From Carpediemonas membranifera BICM (Eukaryota; Protista; Fornicata), in contig JAHDYR010000066.1 in the NCBI GenBank assembly GCA_019828565.1, forward strand, positions 310,001-374,000: DNA of 64,000 nucleotides, read 5' to 3'. The position numbers and the translations under genes were made by a program. The notes beneath the pieces were generated by a model, which saw only the letters and a list, made by a program, of their open reading frames with translations, searched no databases and had not been told where the DNA came from. Below are positions 49,150-59,914 of this stretch, one piece after another (the first letter of the stretch is position 1; the number at the start of each line of letters is the position of its first letter).

Positions 49150-49788
49150 ATGTTCATCACATATCTCAGGATGAGGGGACTTGCCCACATAGCTGTTGCT
49201 GCAATTCTCCTACTTCAGGCGAGATTAGTTCTTTCAGCTGTCGATTGTGAGCAGATCAATGAGTGTAATACCTGTATTCTTTATTATGGCTGTGGATGGT
49301 GCAACGGTCGGTGCCAAAGCGGACAGCGCACGACAGAGTGTTCTACACCATGGATGTACTCCGTATGCTCCGCGCCACCACCAAAATTCAGCGAAACCAC
49401 TGCGGAAGACTGCATCACGAACCACTTCAACGCCACAGCCGGCTCACAGAGCGCAGGCTGGTGCTCCCACGACGCTACGTGCTATCCCAGTTCCTCTTCG
49501 GTCTCTGATGAGTACGGCCTCTGCCCCACTGCGACATGGTACTTCTTCACGCCGCCGGACGACAGCACCGGCCTCCCGAGCCGCTGGCACCACCAGTTCC
49601 TGCTGTATCCCACTGTAGTTGTCGTCGTGACGCTCGTGCTGATGTGTGGCATCTGTCTGACTTGCAGGGCGTGCTGTCTGGTCGGCTGGGGGTCGTGGCG
49701 TGTGCTGCGTCGGGTCGGGGCCAAGGGCCGCCACCTCAATGAGAGCATCGACATCAACCAGCCCCTCCTCGAGTCCGCTTGGGAGTGA
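49150..49788 (+). CDS. PSI-domain single-pass membrane protein
   Basis: Signal peptide, C..INECNTC....CGWC..C, second GWC repeat, TM helix. Start may be 49171. Confidence 0.7.
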   Translation: MFITYLRMRGLAHIAVAAILLLQARLVLSAVDCEQINECNTCILYYGCGWCNGRCQSGQRTTECSTPWMYSVCSAPPPKFSETTAEDCITNHFNATAGSQSAGWCSHDATCYPSSSSVSDEYGLCPTATWYFFTPPDDSTGLPSRWHHQFLLYPTVVVVVTLVLMCGICLTCRACCLVGWGSWRVLRRVGAKGRHLNESIDINQPLLESAWE

Positions 49789-49858
49789 GCCCCGCATGAT
49801 TATTATAAACCGAACCGCAGGTTAGTAATGATTTATTCATAACCGCAAATACAGTGTG

Positions 49859-51580
49859 CTACAGCGACGAGACGACGCCGTACACAGAGATGACCCCGAG
49901 GACGGGCGTCATGATGATGAGAACCATGCAGCCGAAGATGTTCTTGTCAAAGACCCAGTCGGCCCGGGCATGGATGCCTCGGTTGATGAAGCCCGGCCGG
50001 AGCTTCATGTACGCAATAGCGGGGAGGGCCCAGAAGAGCATGTTACCGAGTGTCGCCTGGATGAGCGTGAAGATGACCGAGATGGATGGGATCACGATCG
50101 CCACGACAAGGGCGAGGACGTTGATCAGCACCGCGAGTAGGATGTGCCGGCGCCACTGGAAAGCGGGTGCAGGCTTGCGGCGGATCCCCCAAATGCCGCT
50201 GATGATGTTGCGGCGGACGATGTAGTGCACGATGGGGTGCGAGCACAGGACGACGAGCAGCATGCCGAGCAGGACGAACCAAAGCACGGGGCTCATCTCG
50301 AACATCAGCAGCACGTTGTCATGGCCGGCAAGGTCATCGCCGAACTTGACATACCCTAGAATGCCGATGAAGAGGTACATAACGAGGCCGAACGTCAGGC
50401 TCGTCACCACTGTACGCCAGATGCGGGGCCAGTCCGCGTCGTACGTCGGCGTGTTCTTGCTCATGATATTCTTGGCGACCTCAAGTGAACTGAGGTCCCA
50501 TTCGTCGCGGGCATCCTCGGCGTCGTCGATCATGCCCTCCTGGCCCGTTTGGGCGATAGCCTGCTTCTTTTTCCTGAACTCGGCGTACAGCTGGGGCACC
50601 GAAGCCTGTGTGGTGAAGGCCGCCGTCAGCAGCGGGATGATGGTGATGCAGTTGAGCTTCAGCTGGATGTATCGCGCGTCGTACTCAGTGATCTTGAACG
50701 AGCGGTCGAGCACTGACATCACGCCGGACAGCGACACGAAGATCACTGTTGTCAGGATGCCGAAGATGGCGCATGCGCTGGGGATTGAGAGGGCCTTGAG
50801 GTTCTTGAGGAACCCGAGGGGCAGAAAGACCCCCACCATGAAGAAAACCCGCCAAAACAGGGCCGAGTCGACGAACGGCAGCGGAAGGGAGCCGAAGAGC
50901 GTGGCGCCGTAAGAACCCGCGATGATGACGTAAGCGACGACAGTGCCGAACATGCGGAGAGCAATGGCGAAGTCGACGGGCACGGCGGCCCACGAGCCGA
51001 AAGTCTCGACGACGATATCACGGAAGGAGAGCAGTCTCGGCTGGTGGCGGTGGCAGATGCGGAGGAGCAGGCGCTGGGCGAAGAGCGACAGGGCGTAGGA
51101 GAAGAAAAGAGCGGCGAGCCCTGACGGAAGGCCCGCCTGCTGGATGCAGTAGGGGATGGTGAGGAGCGAGGCGCCCATGGCGGAGTTGATGAAGTTGAAC
51201 GATGTGTTCAACACGCCGTTCTCGCCCTCGTAAAGGTGGTCGGACGTGTGTGTCTGCTTCATCAGGTTGTTCAGGGGCTTGTCGTTCTCATCGAGGTCGA
51301 CAATGGTCACCTCGGGGGGATTGGCGGAGTCGGAATCATCATCTTCACTGCTCCCCGCAGGGGACACAAACGTCGACGTAAACAGATAACGTGTATCTGG
51401 TTCGTCTGAGTTGTATTGGAGCTCTGCGTGATCCAAGATTTGGTCCAAAACAATGGGACGTTCAGGGATCTCGAAGTTTGAGTTCAATTCGCGTTCAGAG
51501 AGCTCCTCGGCATCCATAAACTGGATGCCATGAGCAGGTATACTGGGATCATCGTTGGCCTCCTCCATTTGGATCGTCAA
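49859..51580 (-). CDS. Amino acid transporter (AAAP/SLC38 family)
   Basis: FNFINSAMGASLLTIPY...AG, about 11 TM segments, GILGYVKFG. Confidence 0.88.
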   Translation of the reverse strand: MTIQMEEANDDPSIPAHGIQFMDAEELSERELNSNFEIPERPIVLDQILDHAELQYNSDEPDTRYLFTSTFVSPAGSSEDDDSDSANPPEVTIVDLDENDKPLNNLMKQTHTSDHLYEGENGVLNTSFNFINSAMGASLLTIPYCIQQAGLPSGLAALFFSYALSLFAQRLLLRICHRHQPRLLSFRDIVVETFGSWAAVPVDFAIALRMFGTVVAYVIIAGSYGATLFGSLPLPFVDSALFWRVFFMVGVFLPLGFLKNLKALSIPSACAIFGILTTVIFVSLSGVMSVLDRSFKITEYDARYIQLKLNCITIIPLLTAAFTTQASVPQLYAEFRKKKQAIAQTGQEGMIDDAEDARDEWDLSSLEVAKNIMSKNTPTYDADWPRIWRTVVTSLTFGLVMYLFIGILGYVKFGDDLAGHDNVLLMFEMSPVLWFVLLGMLLVVLCSHPIVHYIVRRNIISGIWGIRRKPAPAFQWRRHILLAVLINVLALVVAIVIPSISVIFTLIQATLGNMLFWALPAIAYMKLRPGFINRGIHARADWVFDKNIFGCMVLIIMTPVLGVISVYGVVSSL

Positions 51581-51897
51581 CGTGGCTAGAAGCGACGATA
51601 CGAGGGAAGCAAGTGAGCGTCAGTTTTTTTCTTGCATGTCAAAAAGTCGGACTACCTGCCCGGAGGTGACCGAACAAAACCTGGGTCCATGGCTTTGTCC
51701 TGCCCTGGCCGTGCTTCTGATCTTTTTTTCTATTTTTGACTGCCCTGTCGCTAAAACGGGAAAACTTTGCCCTGCACACACGCCTGCCCGGAAATCACCC
51801 GCTGCGGTCATATCCTCAGTGAGCTCACACCTGGAAATCGCAATATACGACTCGAACGACAGGTATGTACCACTACAGTGGTAATTTACAGTGCGGG

Positions 51898-53142
51898 TCA
51901 GTGGGAGCAGCGGCCAGTCAGGGTCCGCATCTCCGTCTCGACCACGTCAATGTAGACGGACATGCTGAACATGGTCGCCACACGGGACGCCCCCGCGGAT
52001 CCCATCCGATCACGGAGCCCTTCGGTGCGGGCGAGGCTCAGCGCGGCCTCAGCAAAGGCCTCGGGCGTCTGGTCGACCAGGAATCCGGTCTCGGAGCCAC
52101 GCTCGACGCAGATGGACTCGGTCGGGCCACCGTTGTTGACGGCGATGACGGGTAGACGGGACGCCATCGCCTCGACGGGGACGATCCCGAAGTGCTCGCC
52201 GCTGGGGGTGTACATGAGGACGGTGGCCTCCCGGAGCAGCTTCATCTTTTCGTCGTTGCCGATATTGCGGAGGAACTGCACGTGTTCGGCCACGCCGAGC
52301 TCCTTTGCCAAGCGGCACAGCTCGCTGTAGACGTCGCGGTTCTCCCGCACAAGATCGTCGTACCCGCCGGCAATGGTGAGCTTCGTGCGGCTGTAGGTGC
52401 GAGGATCGTTGACCTTGACCTCAGCAAGGGCCCTGATGGCGATGTCGACGCGCTTCTTCCCCTCGTACCGGTTGATGGAGAGCCACTGATAGTCGGACGA
52501 CGGCTCGGCGTTCTCGGGCTCTGCGGTGTCAAACAGCTCCTGCCCAACCATGGAGCCGATGTGAACGGGCGGGTACGCGATGACGAGGCGGCCCTTGGCC
52601 CCTACGCGGGGAAACTGTGTGCTAAACTGCGCCTCGGTAAACTTCGAGTTGACGAGGATGCGGTCGGCCATGCCAGTGGTGACCTCCTCGATCTTGTCGA
52701 GCACGCCTCTGTACAGCTTCTTGGGTAGCGTGCGGCGATCCGTGAGGAGCATGTCGGGGAAGTGGCCATAGAAGACCACCTTGGACCTCCAGGCAAGCTT
52801 GAGGAAGGGAATGCAGGCAGACACTTGGTCTACGAAGAAGATATCATACTCGGAGCGTTTGAAGAAGACAAGATTGAGGGCTACTAGAATCATCCGGATA
52901 TACACACAGAGAGCACGGAAACGGCCGAAGATCGAGTCGGGGAACCAATGAAACATCTCTGACACTGGAATAACACCCGTTTCAGGGTGCACTTCGTCGA
53001 AACAATGTGAAGCGTCATGGTGCGCCGTATAGATATGAACACGGTGGCCTCGATCGTGAAGCCCCAGAGCAGTATCAACTACAAGCCGTTCTGCACCTCC
53101 AATCCCCAAATTAGGGTGAATAAAGGCCACGTTCAAAGGCAT
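51898..53142 (-). CDS. ALG2: Alpha-1,3/1,6-mannosyltransferase
   Basis: FIHPNLGIGGAERLVVD, HFPD.LL, SINRYE.KK, YTPSGEHFGIVPVEAM, GGPTE. Confidence 0.93.
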   Translation of the reverse strand: MPLNVAFIHPNLGIGGAERLVVDTALGLHDRGHRVHIYTAHHDASHCFDEVHPETGVIPVSEMFHWFPDSIFGRFRALCVYIRMILVALNLVFFKRSEYDIFFVDQVSACIPFLKLAWRSKVVFYGHFPDMLLTDRRTLPKKLYRGVLDKIEEVTTGMADRILVNSKFTEAQFSTQFPRVGAKGRLVIAYPPVHIGSMVGQELFDTAEPENAEPSSDYQWLSINRYEGKKRVDIAIRALAEVKVNDPRTYSRTKLTIAGGYDDLVRENRDVYSELCRLAKELGVAEHVQFLRNIGNDEKMKLLREATVLMYTPSGEHFGIVPVEAMASRLPVIAVNNGGPTESICVERGSETGFLVDQTPEAFAEAALSLARTEGLRDRMGSAGASRVATMFSMSVYIDVVETEMRTLTGRCSH

Positions 53143-53517
53143 CGAAGATCTGTCTGTAAAACTGCGAAATCTCGGAGGTGTCCTCTGACACCATGAGTGG
53201 TAGTATGGGTGGCGGGTTGTTGGTAGGCCGAGGATGGCACAATCTTGACTTGCTTGATTCGCATGCAATCTGTTGATGTCATTGACGCCAATGAAGTTCC
53301 AAGCCCAGCAACACGGATGTTTACAATCAGCACCTCAACGACAGAACTACTTCTACCCCAACGGCTGTGTCTCCACCATGGCCACCGCACTTTAAGACAC
53401 ACCCAGCACTGTCCTCAGGCCGTCCTCCAGGCCATCAGAGCCACTAACTGACCCATGTCATGAATAAGCTCTTTAAAGACATTAAAATGGGATAAAATAA
53501 TCTGCACTCTCATGCGC

Positions 53518-56500
53518 TCACACCGGTTCCGGCCCGTGCGTCTTCAGATACTCCAGATGCGCCTGTAGCTCGGCATTACTCATCTCACGGAGAGGCTTCA
53601 AACCACTTCCGCTACCCCCGATCCTGACGTCCTGAGGGATAAGCATGTCCAGCCGATCCCGGAGATGCCCCAGTGACCTCTTCGCCTCGAACCCGAGTTC
53701 CGCTGACCGGAGTGCGGGGCGGGGCTTGGCGTACAGCGGCTCGGTCCGTACGGGCTTAGGCTTGGGGAAGGTGTACCGGGGGGGCGGCACATCCTGTACT
53801 CCTGTTACAACAAAAGACTCGTCCAGGCGCGGCTCGCGGACGGGGGACACAGACTCGGGTTTCCGGAGTGCCGGAGTGGGGGCTGGTTCTGGGACAACGG
53901 GCAGGGTTTCCGGCATCGGACCCGACTTGGGTGATTGCTCCGCTGGCCCGCTCGCCGAGATCCGCTCGACCTCAGCTGGTCCGCTGCCGTCCTCCACGGA
54001 CTCGACGACTGTCCGCAGCGGCATGACGGTGACCTTGGGGGTCGGGCTGCCTCCAGGGTGCTGGAGCTGGCCGTGTGGGCGTCCGGCCCTGGTGCGGACG
54101 TATTGGTTAGAGTCGGGGAGTCGGTGGCCAAAGGCGGGCACGTACGACGCCACGGGTCTCGCCCGCTCGTGCTGGGCAGGCTCGACTCTTGGGACCTTGA
54201 CGGCCTTCTTCGGCAGACCCGTCGTCATTGTGACGGGCTCGGCCTGGACCTTCTGTACCAGCGGCTCCGTATCCTGCACGATTCCCCTGTCCCTGGGCCG
54301 AAGCAAGGCGGGCACCGCGCCGCTGCCGGCCCTGTGCGCCCCGCGGCTGAGGCTGGGCACGGCTAAGCCCTCCACGCTGCTGGCGCTCTTCTTGCGAGTG
54401 TCCAGGCGGACCTGCTGGCCGCGGAGGAGGGTCGGCAGGAAGACGGGCATCGTTCTGTTGAACGCCAGCGCTGCCGCGGGTGCCGCGGGGTGCTGGTCCT
54501 CGAACGACACCATCGGCGACGTCATCGCGTCCACCGGCTGCTCGGGCATCAGAGGGCCAACGGTCTTGCCGGGGCTGGGCATGGTGGGCCCGTAGTCCGG
54601 CAGCCCGGCGGTCTGTCCGTGCTCTCGCAGGAACAGGATGGCTGCGTCGACGTCTCCGGCGAGCTCAGGCCCGTACACCACGCCCCAGCCGGCCTGGTTG
54701 GATCTAGCCCACAGCAGAACCGTGAGCACCTCCTTCCAGCACTCCGGCATGAGGCGTACCATGGCCTTCGCCATCCGCAGGGGCGGTGTCCGCAGAACCG
54801 CCATGGAGATGGCCACAGACGCCGTGGACGCCCAGATAATGAGGTCGTGGGTCTTGCCAGTCAGCGCCATCCGCAGCCGGCCGCACTGTATGGCCGCCGC
54901 GGGCCTCGTCCGGTTTGGCAGGGGTACGCGGACGGGTTTGCGGGCGAAGAGGCCGCTCACCGTGGCGACGAAGACCTGCATGGCGGGAAGGGCGCCCTCG
55001 TACACGGCGGGGCATGGTGCGGACGGGGTGTCCGAGCTGGCCCGGACGGCGACGCACAGGGCATGGAACTCGCTGCGGGACAGCGATAGCACGCGGCTGA
55101 AGACAAGCTCGCCGGCCTTCTTGATGTCCTCGGCGGCGACTGCATTGACTAGCCGAGCCGTCACAGCCGCCCCGACACCTTTCTCGACGTCTCTGTCGAG
55201 CCTATCGTCCGGGACGGGGCCGTAGCACGGGGCAGTGACCGGCCGGGCATCCAGACACCGTGCCATGTGTGTCGCGTGGCAGAGGGCGCGGGTGCGGGCG
55301 ATGCCAGTGACATTATCTGCCCATGCGCGGATGGACGCGAGGAGCCGCTGCTGGGCACCAAACACGGCGACGGCGTCTCTCCCAACCTGAGTGATGGCTT
55401 TGAACACGATCGCGGCGTCTATTGGGGTGAGTACACCGTCTTTCAAGCCGATCCTGACGTCCGTTGTCAGTTTCGCCACGATCCGGTCGACCACGACGAG
55501 GGGCAGCCCGAGAGGCGTGATCCTCGACCGCCCCGACTCCAGCACCCGAGCCAACGCAGTGGCCACCGCTGTGACGGCCGGCAGCGTGCCCAGACCGAGC
55601 ACCGCCTCTGCCGTCTGGGTGAACTCGCAGTCGACTCCAGTCATCGGCAGCAGTGCGAGGTCCCGGGCGGGTGTGCGGGCCTGCATCTCCAGCAGCAGCC
55701 CGAGCAGACCGGGCCATGCGAGGGTGTAGTCGAGACGGGTGACGTAACCCAGTGAGTCCCTCAGTAGGGTCGGCCGCGTGGTCGTCGCGACCTCAAGCAT
55801 CACCACATCGATGTCGTTGGCCGCGAGCAGGGTAATGCGGTCTGGGTCACCGTAATCGGGCGGGACCCGCATCCGGATGGGACCGTTCGCATCCCTTTCT
55901 CCCCCCGCCCCGCCGAGCATCGTCTGCAGCACGTCAACGAGGAAGCCATGCTCAGCTGTAATCGGGGCAGCGATGGCCCCAGTCGCGGCGACCTTGTGGC
56001 TGACGTTCGTCACCGACAGCGGGGCCGGGTGCTGGAACAGGGGGCTGACCGCGAGCTCGCCCGCCCGGGTCAGAATGAACAGCGCATCACCGGCCCATTG
56101 CAGCGCCGACACAGCGTGAAGACCCGCCTTGTTGCTCCCAGCGGCGACACCGAGTTTTTGTGCGGTCATACATCCGAGTGCGATCGTGGTGAAAGTGCCC
56201 CGGTCGAGGTGGACGATGGTGGTCGCGATGTCGGACAGACTCGGCCCCGTAGTGGCCAGGGCGACGATGGGCCGACTGGCGTGCACCGAGAAGGCGGTGA
56301 CTGTGCCTGCTGGTCCCTGTCTGGCCGTGATCTGGTCGCCCGTGAGGAGGTCCCACGACCGCATGACGCACGGCCCGCCGTCCTGGGGCTCCACAGACCA
56401 TACCTGCCCGCCCTCGCGCCATAGCTGCACTTCTACGTCATCGGACACGGCATGGGGGAACGACTTCCACTCAGTCGGCTGCCACGTCCACAGCTGGTGC

Positions 56501-57018
56501 TCCTGCAGCGCCACGAGGATCGTGCCACTCTCGTTGACCCACAGCCTGTCTGGGTACTTCTTCTTACCGTCTGTCTGCTCCCTCCGCTGCAGCTTGACGA
56601 CGTTCCTGAGGTGTTTCTGTCCTGGTGTCAAGATTTTCAGAGCCGCATCCTCGCCGACGGGAGGAATAATCGAGATAGAGTTCGGCGGCACAGGGCTCTG
56701 CACGGTGAACGTCAGCTCGGTCGGGGCGGGCAGGTCCTTCATGATGAGCGTCTGCCCATCAAGCAGCGCCACCGCAATCAAACGTGCTGATGGAGAAATG
56801 GCAGCAACAGGCGAAAACTTGTATCGACGAAGGAACCTGAACTTGTATTTGCGTCCGTCAATACCATAGTATGCGGGAGTACTCAACTTTTCGCTTCCCA
56901 CGCGTCGACTAGTGCGGAAAATGATCGGAGCTTCCAAATTTCGCGACTTTAGCAGGAATATGTCCGCAGCGCCGGGTAAAACGCCGGTGCGAACGGCGTT
57001 TTGGACCCGTAATTCCAT
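53518..57018 (-). CDS. Large protein with N-terminal beta-propeller-like region (weakly CPLANE1/JBTS17-like)
   Basis: 1166-aa ORF; beta-rich N-half, helical middle, Pro-rich tail. Family assignment weak. Confidence 0.55.
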   Translation of the reverse strand: MELRVQNAVRTGVLPGAADIFLLKSRNLEAPIIFRTSRRVGSEKLSTPAYYGIDGRKYKFRFLRRYKFSPVAAISPSARLIAVALLDGQTLIMKDLPAPTELTFTVQSPVPPNSISIIPPVGEDAALKILTPGQKHLRNVVKLQRREQTDGKKKYPDRLWVNESGTILVALQEHQLWTWQPTEWKSFPHAVSDDVEVQLWREGGQVWSVEPQDGGPCVMRSWDLLTGDQITARQGPAGTVTAFSVHASRPIVALATTGPSLSDIATTIVHLDRGTFTTIALGCMTAQKLGVAAGSNKAGLHAVSALQWAGDALFILTRAGELAVSPLFQHPAPLSVTNVSHKVAATGAIAAPITAEHGFLVDVLQTMLGGAGGERDANGPIRMRVPPDYGDPDRITLLAANDIDVVMLEVATTTRPTLLRDSLGYVTRLDYTLAWPGLLGLLLEMQARTPARDLALLPMTGVDCEFTQTAEAVLGLGTLPAVTAVATALARVLESGRSRITPLGLPLVVVDRIVAKLTTDVRIGLKDGVLTPIDAAIVFKAITQVGRDAVAVFGAQQRLLASIRAWADNVTGIARTRALCHATHMARCLDARPVTAPCYGPVPDDRLDRDVEKGVGAAVTARLVNAVAAEDIKKAGELVFSRVLSLSRSEFHALCVAVRASSDTPSAPCPAVYEGALPAMQVFVATVSGLFARKPVRVPLPNRTRPAAAIQCGRLRMALTGKTHDLIIWASTASVAISMAVLRTPPLRMAKAMVRLMPECWKEVLTVLLWARSNQAGWGVVYGPELAGDVDAAILFLREHGQTAGLPDYGPTMPSPGKTVGPLMPEQPVDAMTSPMVSFEDQHPAAPAAALAFNRTMPVFLPTLLRGQQVRLDTRKKSASSVEGLAVPSLSRGAHRAGSGAVPALLRPRDRGIVQDTEPLVQKVQAEPVTMTTGLPKKAVKVPRVEPAQHERARPVASYVPAFGHRLPDSNQYVRTRAGRPHGQLQHPGGSPTPKVTVMPLRTVVESVEDGSGPAEVERISASGPAEQSPKSGPMPETLPVVPEPAPTPALRKPESVSPVREPRLDESFVVTGVQDVPPPRYTFPKPKPVRTEPLYAKPRPALRSAELGFEAKRSLGHLRDRLDMLIPQDVRIGGSGSGLKPLREMSNAELQAHLEYLKTHGPEPV

Positions 57019-57201
57019 CGTCGCTTCGAAAAATCGAGTCGGTCAAGTCGACAGGCGATCATCCAGCCAATCAGGTCACCCAGTGTGCTTCTGGAGGGTC
57101 GACTACGCATGTCACGCCATATTGTTGTGACTATGTGCGGTCTTGAACGCATGGCAAAAGTGCGCGGTGGTCTGGCAACGCAACGAGCAGAAGGTGCCTG
57201 A

Positions 57202-59748
57202 ATGTCAAAGGGATGTGTGGTGTGCGGAAAGGGCGAATCGTCTGAATTCCCGCTCATCCGCTGCGATAAGTGCGGTATGCTTGCCCACGAAGAGTGCATG
57301 GGCATTGATGGCCTTTCTCCCGAACAAGACAGCTTTATGTGCGCCTACTGCGAGTCAAACACCAACGAGAAGTGTATAGTATGCAACAAGACCAACCAAT
57401 TCCACCAAGGGATGCTCCCCACCACCGACGGCCATTGGGTACACGCCCTATGCGCCCTTTTCAGCCCAGGAGTCCAGTTCCCGGAAGCAACCAGGATGTC
57501 AGGGCCGATAGACCTCAGCGGGGTCACGCTGACCAGCGGCAAGTGCCGTTTCTGCCAGGGGTCTGTCGGTCTCGTCGTCCCGTGTGAACACCTGGACGAG
57601 AACGACGTCAAGTCGTGCAAGCAGATGGTCCATGCCATATGTGCCTGGGGGGCGCGCTGTGTGATGACGGACGGCGGTGTCCGGCTCCTTTGCAGGGACC
57701 ACAAGGCCGACGTCGACGTGCAGGAGCCCTTCCCCACCGTAGTCCGCTTCGACAAGACTGACGCCGGGTGGCCAGAGCCAGAGCCAGTGGTGCAGTACAC
57801 TGAGATCGAGACGCCCGTAGTCGAGGTCGAGGCCAGAAAGAAGGCCGTGAAGAAGAAGGCGAAGCCCGAGTCCGACAAGGGCGCCAAGCGGGCCCGCGAC
57901 GATGGCCCGTCAGACGTGGATATCGTGCCGCTGGATGAGGTCTGCGACGTCTGCCTGGACGAAGAGACGACCGAAGACGACGCCATTGTCTTCTGCGACG
58001 GACCCGGCTGCGACCTGGCCGTGCACGCCTCCTGCGGGTCAGTCCCTCCCGAGCAGGTCCAGAGCGACGACGATTGGTACTGCCCCGCCTGCCTGGCCCG
58101 CGGCAACATCAAGGGCGCCGACCCCGCCTCGGTCAAGCCGCCGTTCGAGTGCCCCATGTGCCCCTGTACGAACGGTGCCATGGCCCAGGTGGATGACAGG
58201 AGCGCCAAGGCCCTGAGGACAGAGGGCAACGACGGCCCTATTTTCGCTCACATCATCTGCAGCAGAGAGTGCTCGCGGGCCTACAGCAACGGAGATTACA
58301 ACGTCGGCAAGGGGCAGGGCGTCGCCAGGCGCATCCGCGTGTTCCGGAAGACCCGAGGCCGCGTGCCCTGCGCGGTGTGCGGCCACACGAGCGGCTGTGT
58401 CGTGCCGTGTTCAGGCACGGGCTGCACCTGCCACGTCCACCAGACCTGCGCTGACCGGGCCGGCTGCATCAAGCGGGCCCACGGAGGGAAGTTCGAGCAG
58501 TACTGCCCCACTTGCTCTGCCCGGGCGTACCTGCAGCTCCGGCCCGAGCTCCTCGTCGGCTGGGGACCCCGCGACACGGCCTTCCTCGACCGTGCGCCCT
58601 CGGGGTCGATGGTCACCGGCCTCGGACTCGACCCCAAGACCCAGCTCGGCTACAGCAAGCGGTACCGTGGCCCGAGCCTCATGCTGGCGACGTTGCTGGC
58701 CGCCATCCGGAGTTCAAGGGACTACGCCGACTTGGAGGAGCGCCAGTCCAGACGCGGGGCGACGGCGACGAGGTCAGTTCAGCGTCTGGTCCAGCCCGCG
58801 GCGGCTGTGCTGACCTCCAAGGTGCAGAGGATCTCCTGGGCGTCGACCATCGCGACACTCGACGGCAAGGCCCTGCACATCTCAGGCAACGACCTCCTGC
58901 TGCCCACCGGCATCACGCGGACGGCACGCCTCATGGTCGAGCCACTCGGGATGTCTTCATTGCTCCAGATTGGGCTGTCGGCGGTCGAATTCGAAATCGA
59001 GCTCCGGCTGGCGGGGGTGCTGGCGTTCACAGCAGACCAGGGGTCGCCCGAGCTGCCAGTCCCCGCCCAGTTCTCTACCATCGCCGACATGACGGCCCCG
59101 GTAGGGTATGTGGCGCGAGCCCACGGGTTCCTCTGGGTGTTTGTGTTCCCATCCTCCATGCCGCAGCTCTCACCCCAGCCGCCTGTGCCGAACACAGTAT
59201 TCCTCGTATACAAGCGGGACCCCCTGCTGAACGCGGCCCTGCTCGGCGGCAGCCCCAGCAGTGATATCGCGGGCCGCACTGTGTCAATCCCGACGGACCA
59301 CCCCACATCGCCCGAGACGCATCGGCTCATCCAGGCCGTCGAGCACGTTGGCGCATTCCCCATCGTGTACAACTGCGTCGAGCTCGCTACCCCGCCCCAG
59401 TCTGCGGCCATCCTCGTGCTGCAGTCAGAGCTGTGGTCCCAGAGCATGGCCGAGCTCCGCAGGGACCCGGGCCAATGGCGCACGCCGATGTACCTCATGC
59501 CACCCGACAACTGGAACGCGCTGACGGTCATCAAGACCACAGCCGAGCTGTCGGTCGTGTTCCCCCCTAGGATCGCCGTGAGGGGTGGCCAGCCGCCATC
59601 GCACCCCGCCTTGACTGTGACTGAGTCGAGTGAGGTCGACGAGAAGCAGGCCCGGCGATGGGTGGAGCTGGACGGGGCCGAGCCACGGGCACCATGGGAG
59701 TCGATGTCGGCGACAGCACTCGATGACGTCCTCAAGGGTGTGGAGTGA
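57202..59748 (+). CDS. Multi-PHD finger chromatin protein (two PHD + extended-PHD modules, BRPF/JADE-like)
   Basis: C4HC3 fingers (CVVC...CDKC...H..C; CDVC...CDGPGC...H..C...WYCPAC), each followed by a WVHALC / AHIIC ePHD unit. Confidence 0.85.
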   Translation: MSKGCVVCGKGESSEFPLIRCDKCGMLAHEECMGIDGLSPEQDSFMCAYCESNTNEKCIVCNKTNQFHQGMLPTTDGHWVHALCALFSPGVQFPEATRMSGPIDLSGVTLTSGKCRFCQGSVGLVVPCEHLDENDVKSCKQMVHAICAWGARCVMTDGGVRLLCRDHKADVDVQEPFPTVVRFDKTDAGWPEPEPVVQYTEIETPVVEVEARKKAVKKKAKPESDKGAKRARDDGPSDVDIVPLDEVCDVCLDEETTEDDAIVFCDGPGCDLAVHASCGSVPPEQVQSDDDWYCPACLARGNIKGADPASVKPPFECPMCPCTNGAMAQVDDRSAKALRTEGNDGPIFAHIICSRECSRAYSNGDYNVGKGQGVARRIRVFRKTRGRVPCAVCGHTSGCVVPCSGTGCTCHVHQTCADRAGCIKRAHGGKFEQYCPTCSARAYLQLRPELLVGWGPRDTAFLDRAPSGSMVTGLGLDPKTQLGYSKRYRGPSLMLATLLAAIRSSRDYADLEERQSRRGATATRSVQRLVQPAAAVLTSKVQRISWASTIATLDGKALHISGNDLLLPTGITRTARLMVEPLGMSSLLQIGLSAVEFEIELRLAGVLAFTADQGSPELPVPAQFSTIADMTAPVGYVARAHGFLWVFVFPSSMPQLSPQPPVPNTVFLVYKRDPLLNAALLGGSPSSDIAGRTVSIPTDHPTSPETHRLIQAVEHVGAFPIVYNCVELATPPQSAAILVLQSELWSQSMAELRRDPGQWRTPMYLMPPDNWNALTVIKTTAELSVVFPPRIAVRGGQPPSHPALTVTESSEVDEKQARRWVELDGAEPRAPWESMSATALDDVLKGVE

Positions 59749-59914
59749 TTTGAACGATAGTTTTATGTACGAGAATTAAAGTGGCATGTCGATGGTGCCA
59801 AACTTGGATAGAGCTCTGTCGCCTTGCCCAACCGTAACAAAAGGTTTAGAGCATGCCATGAATAATGATATAACTTCCAGCCAGTTCTTTAATTATTTAT
59901 AAGGTGACATAAAA

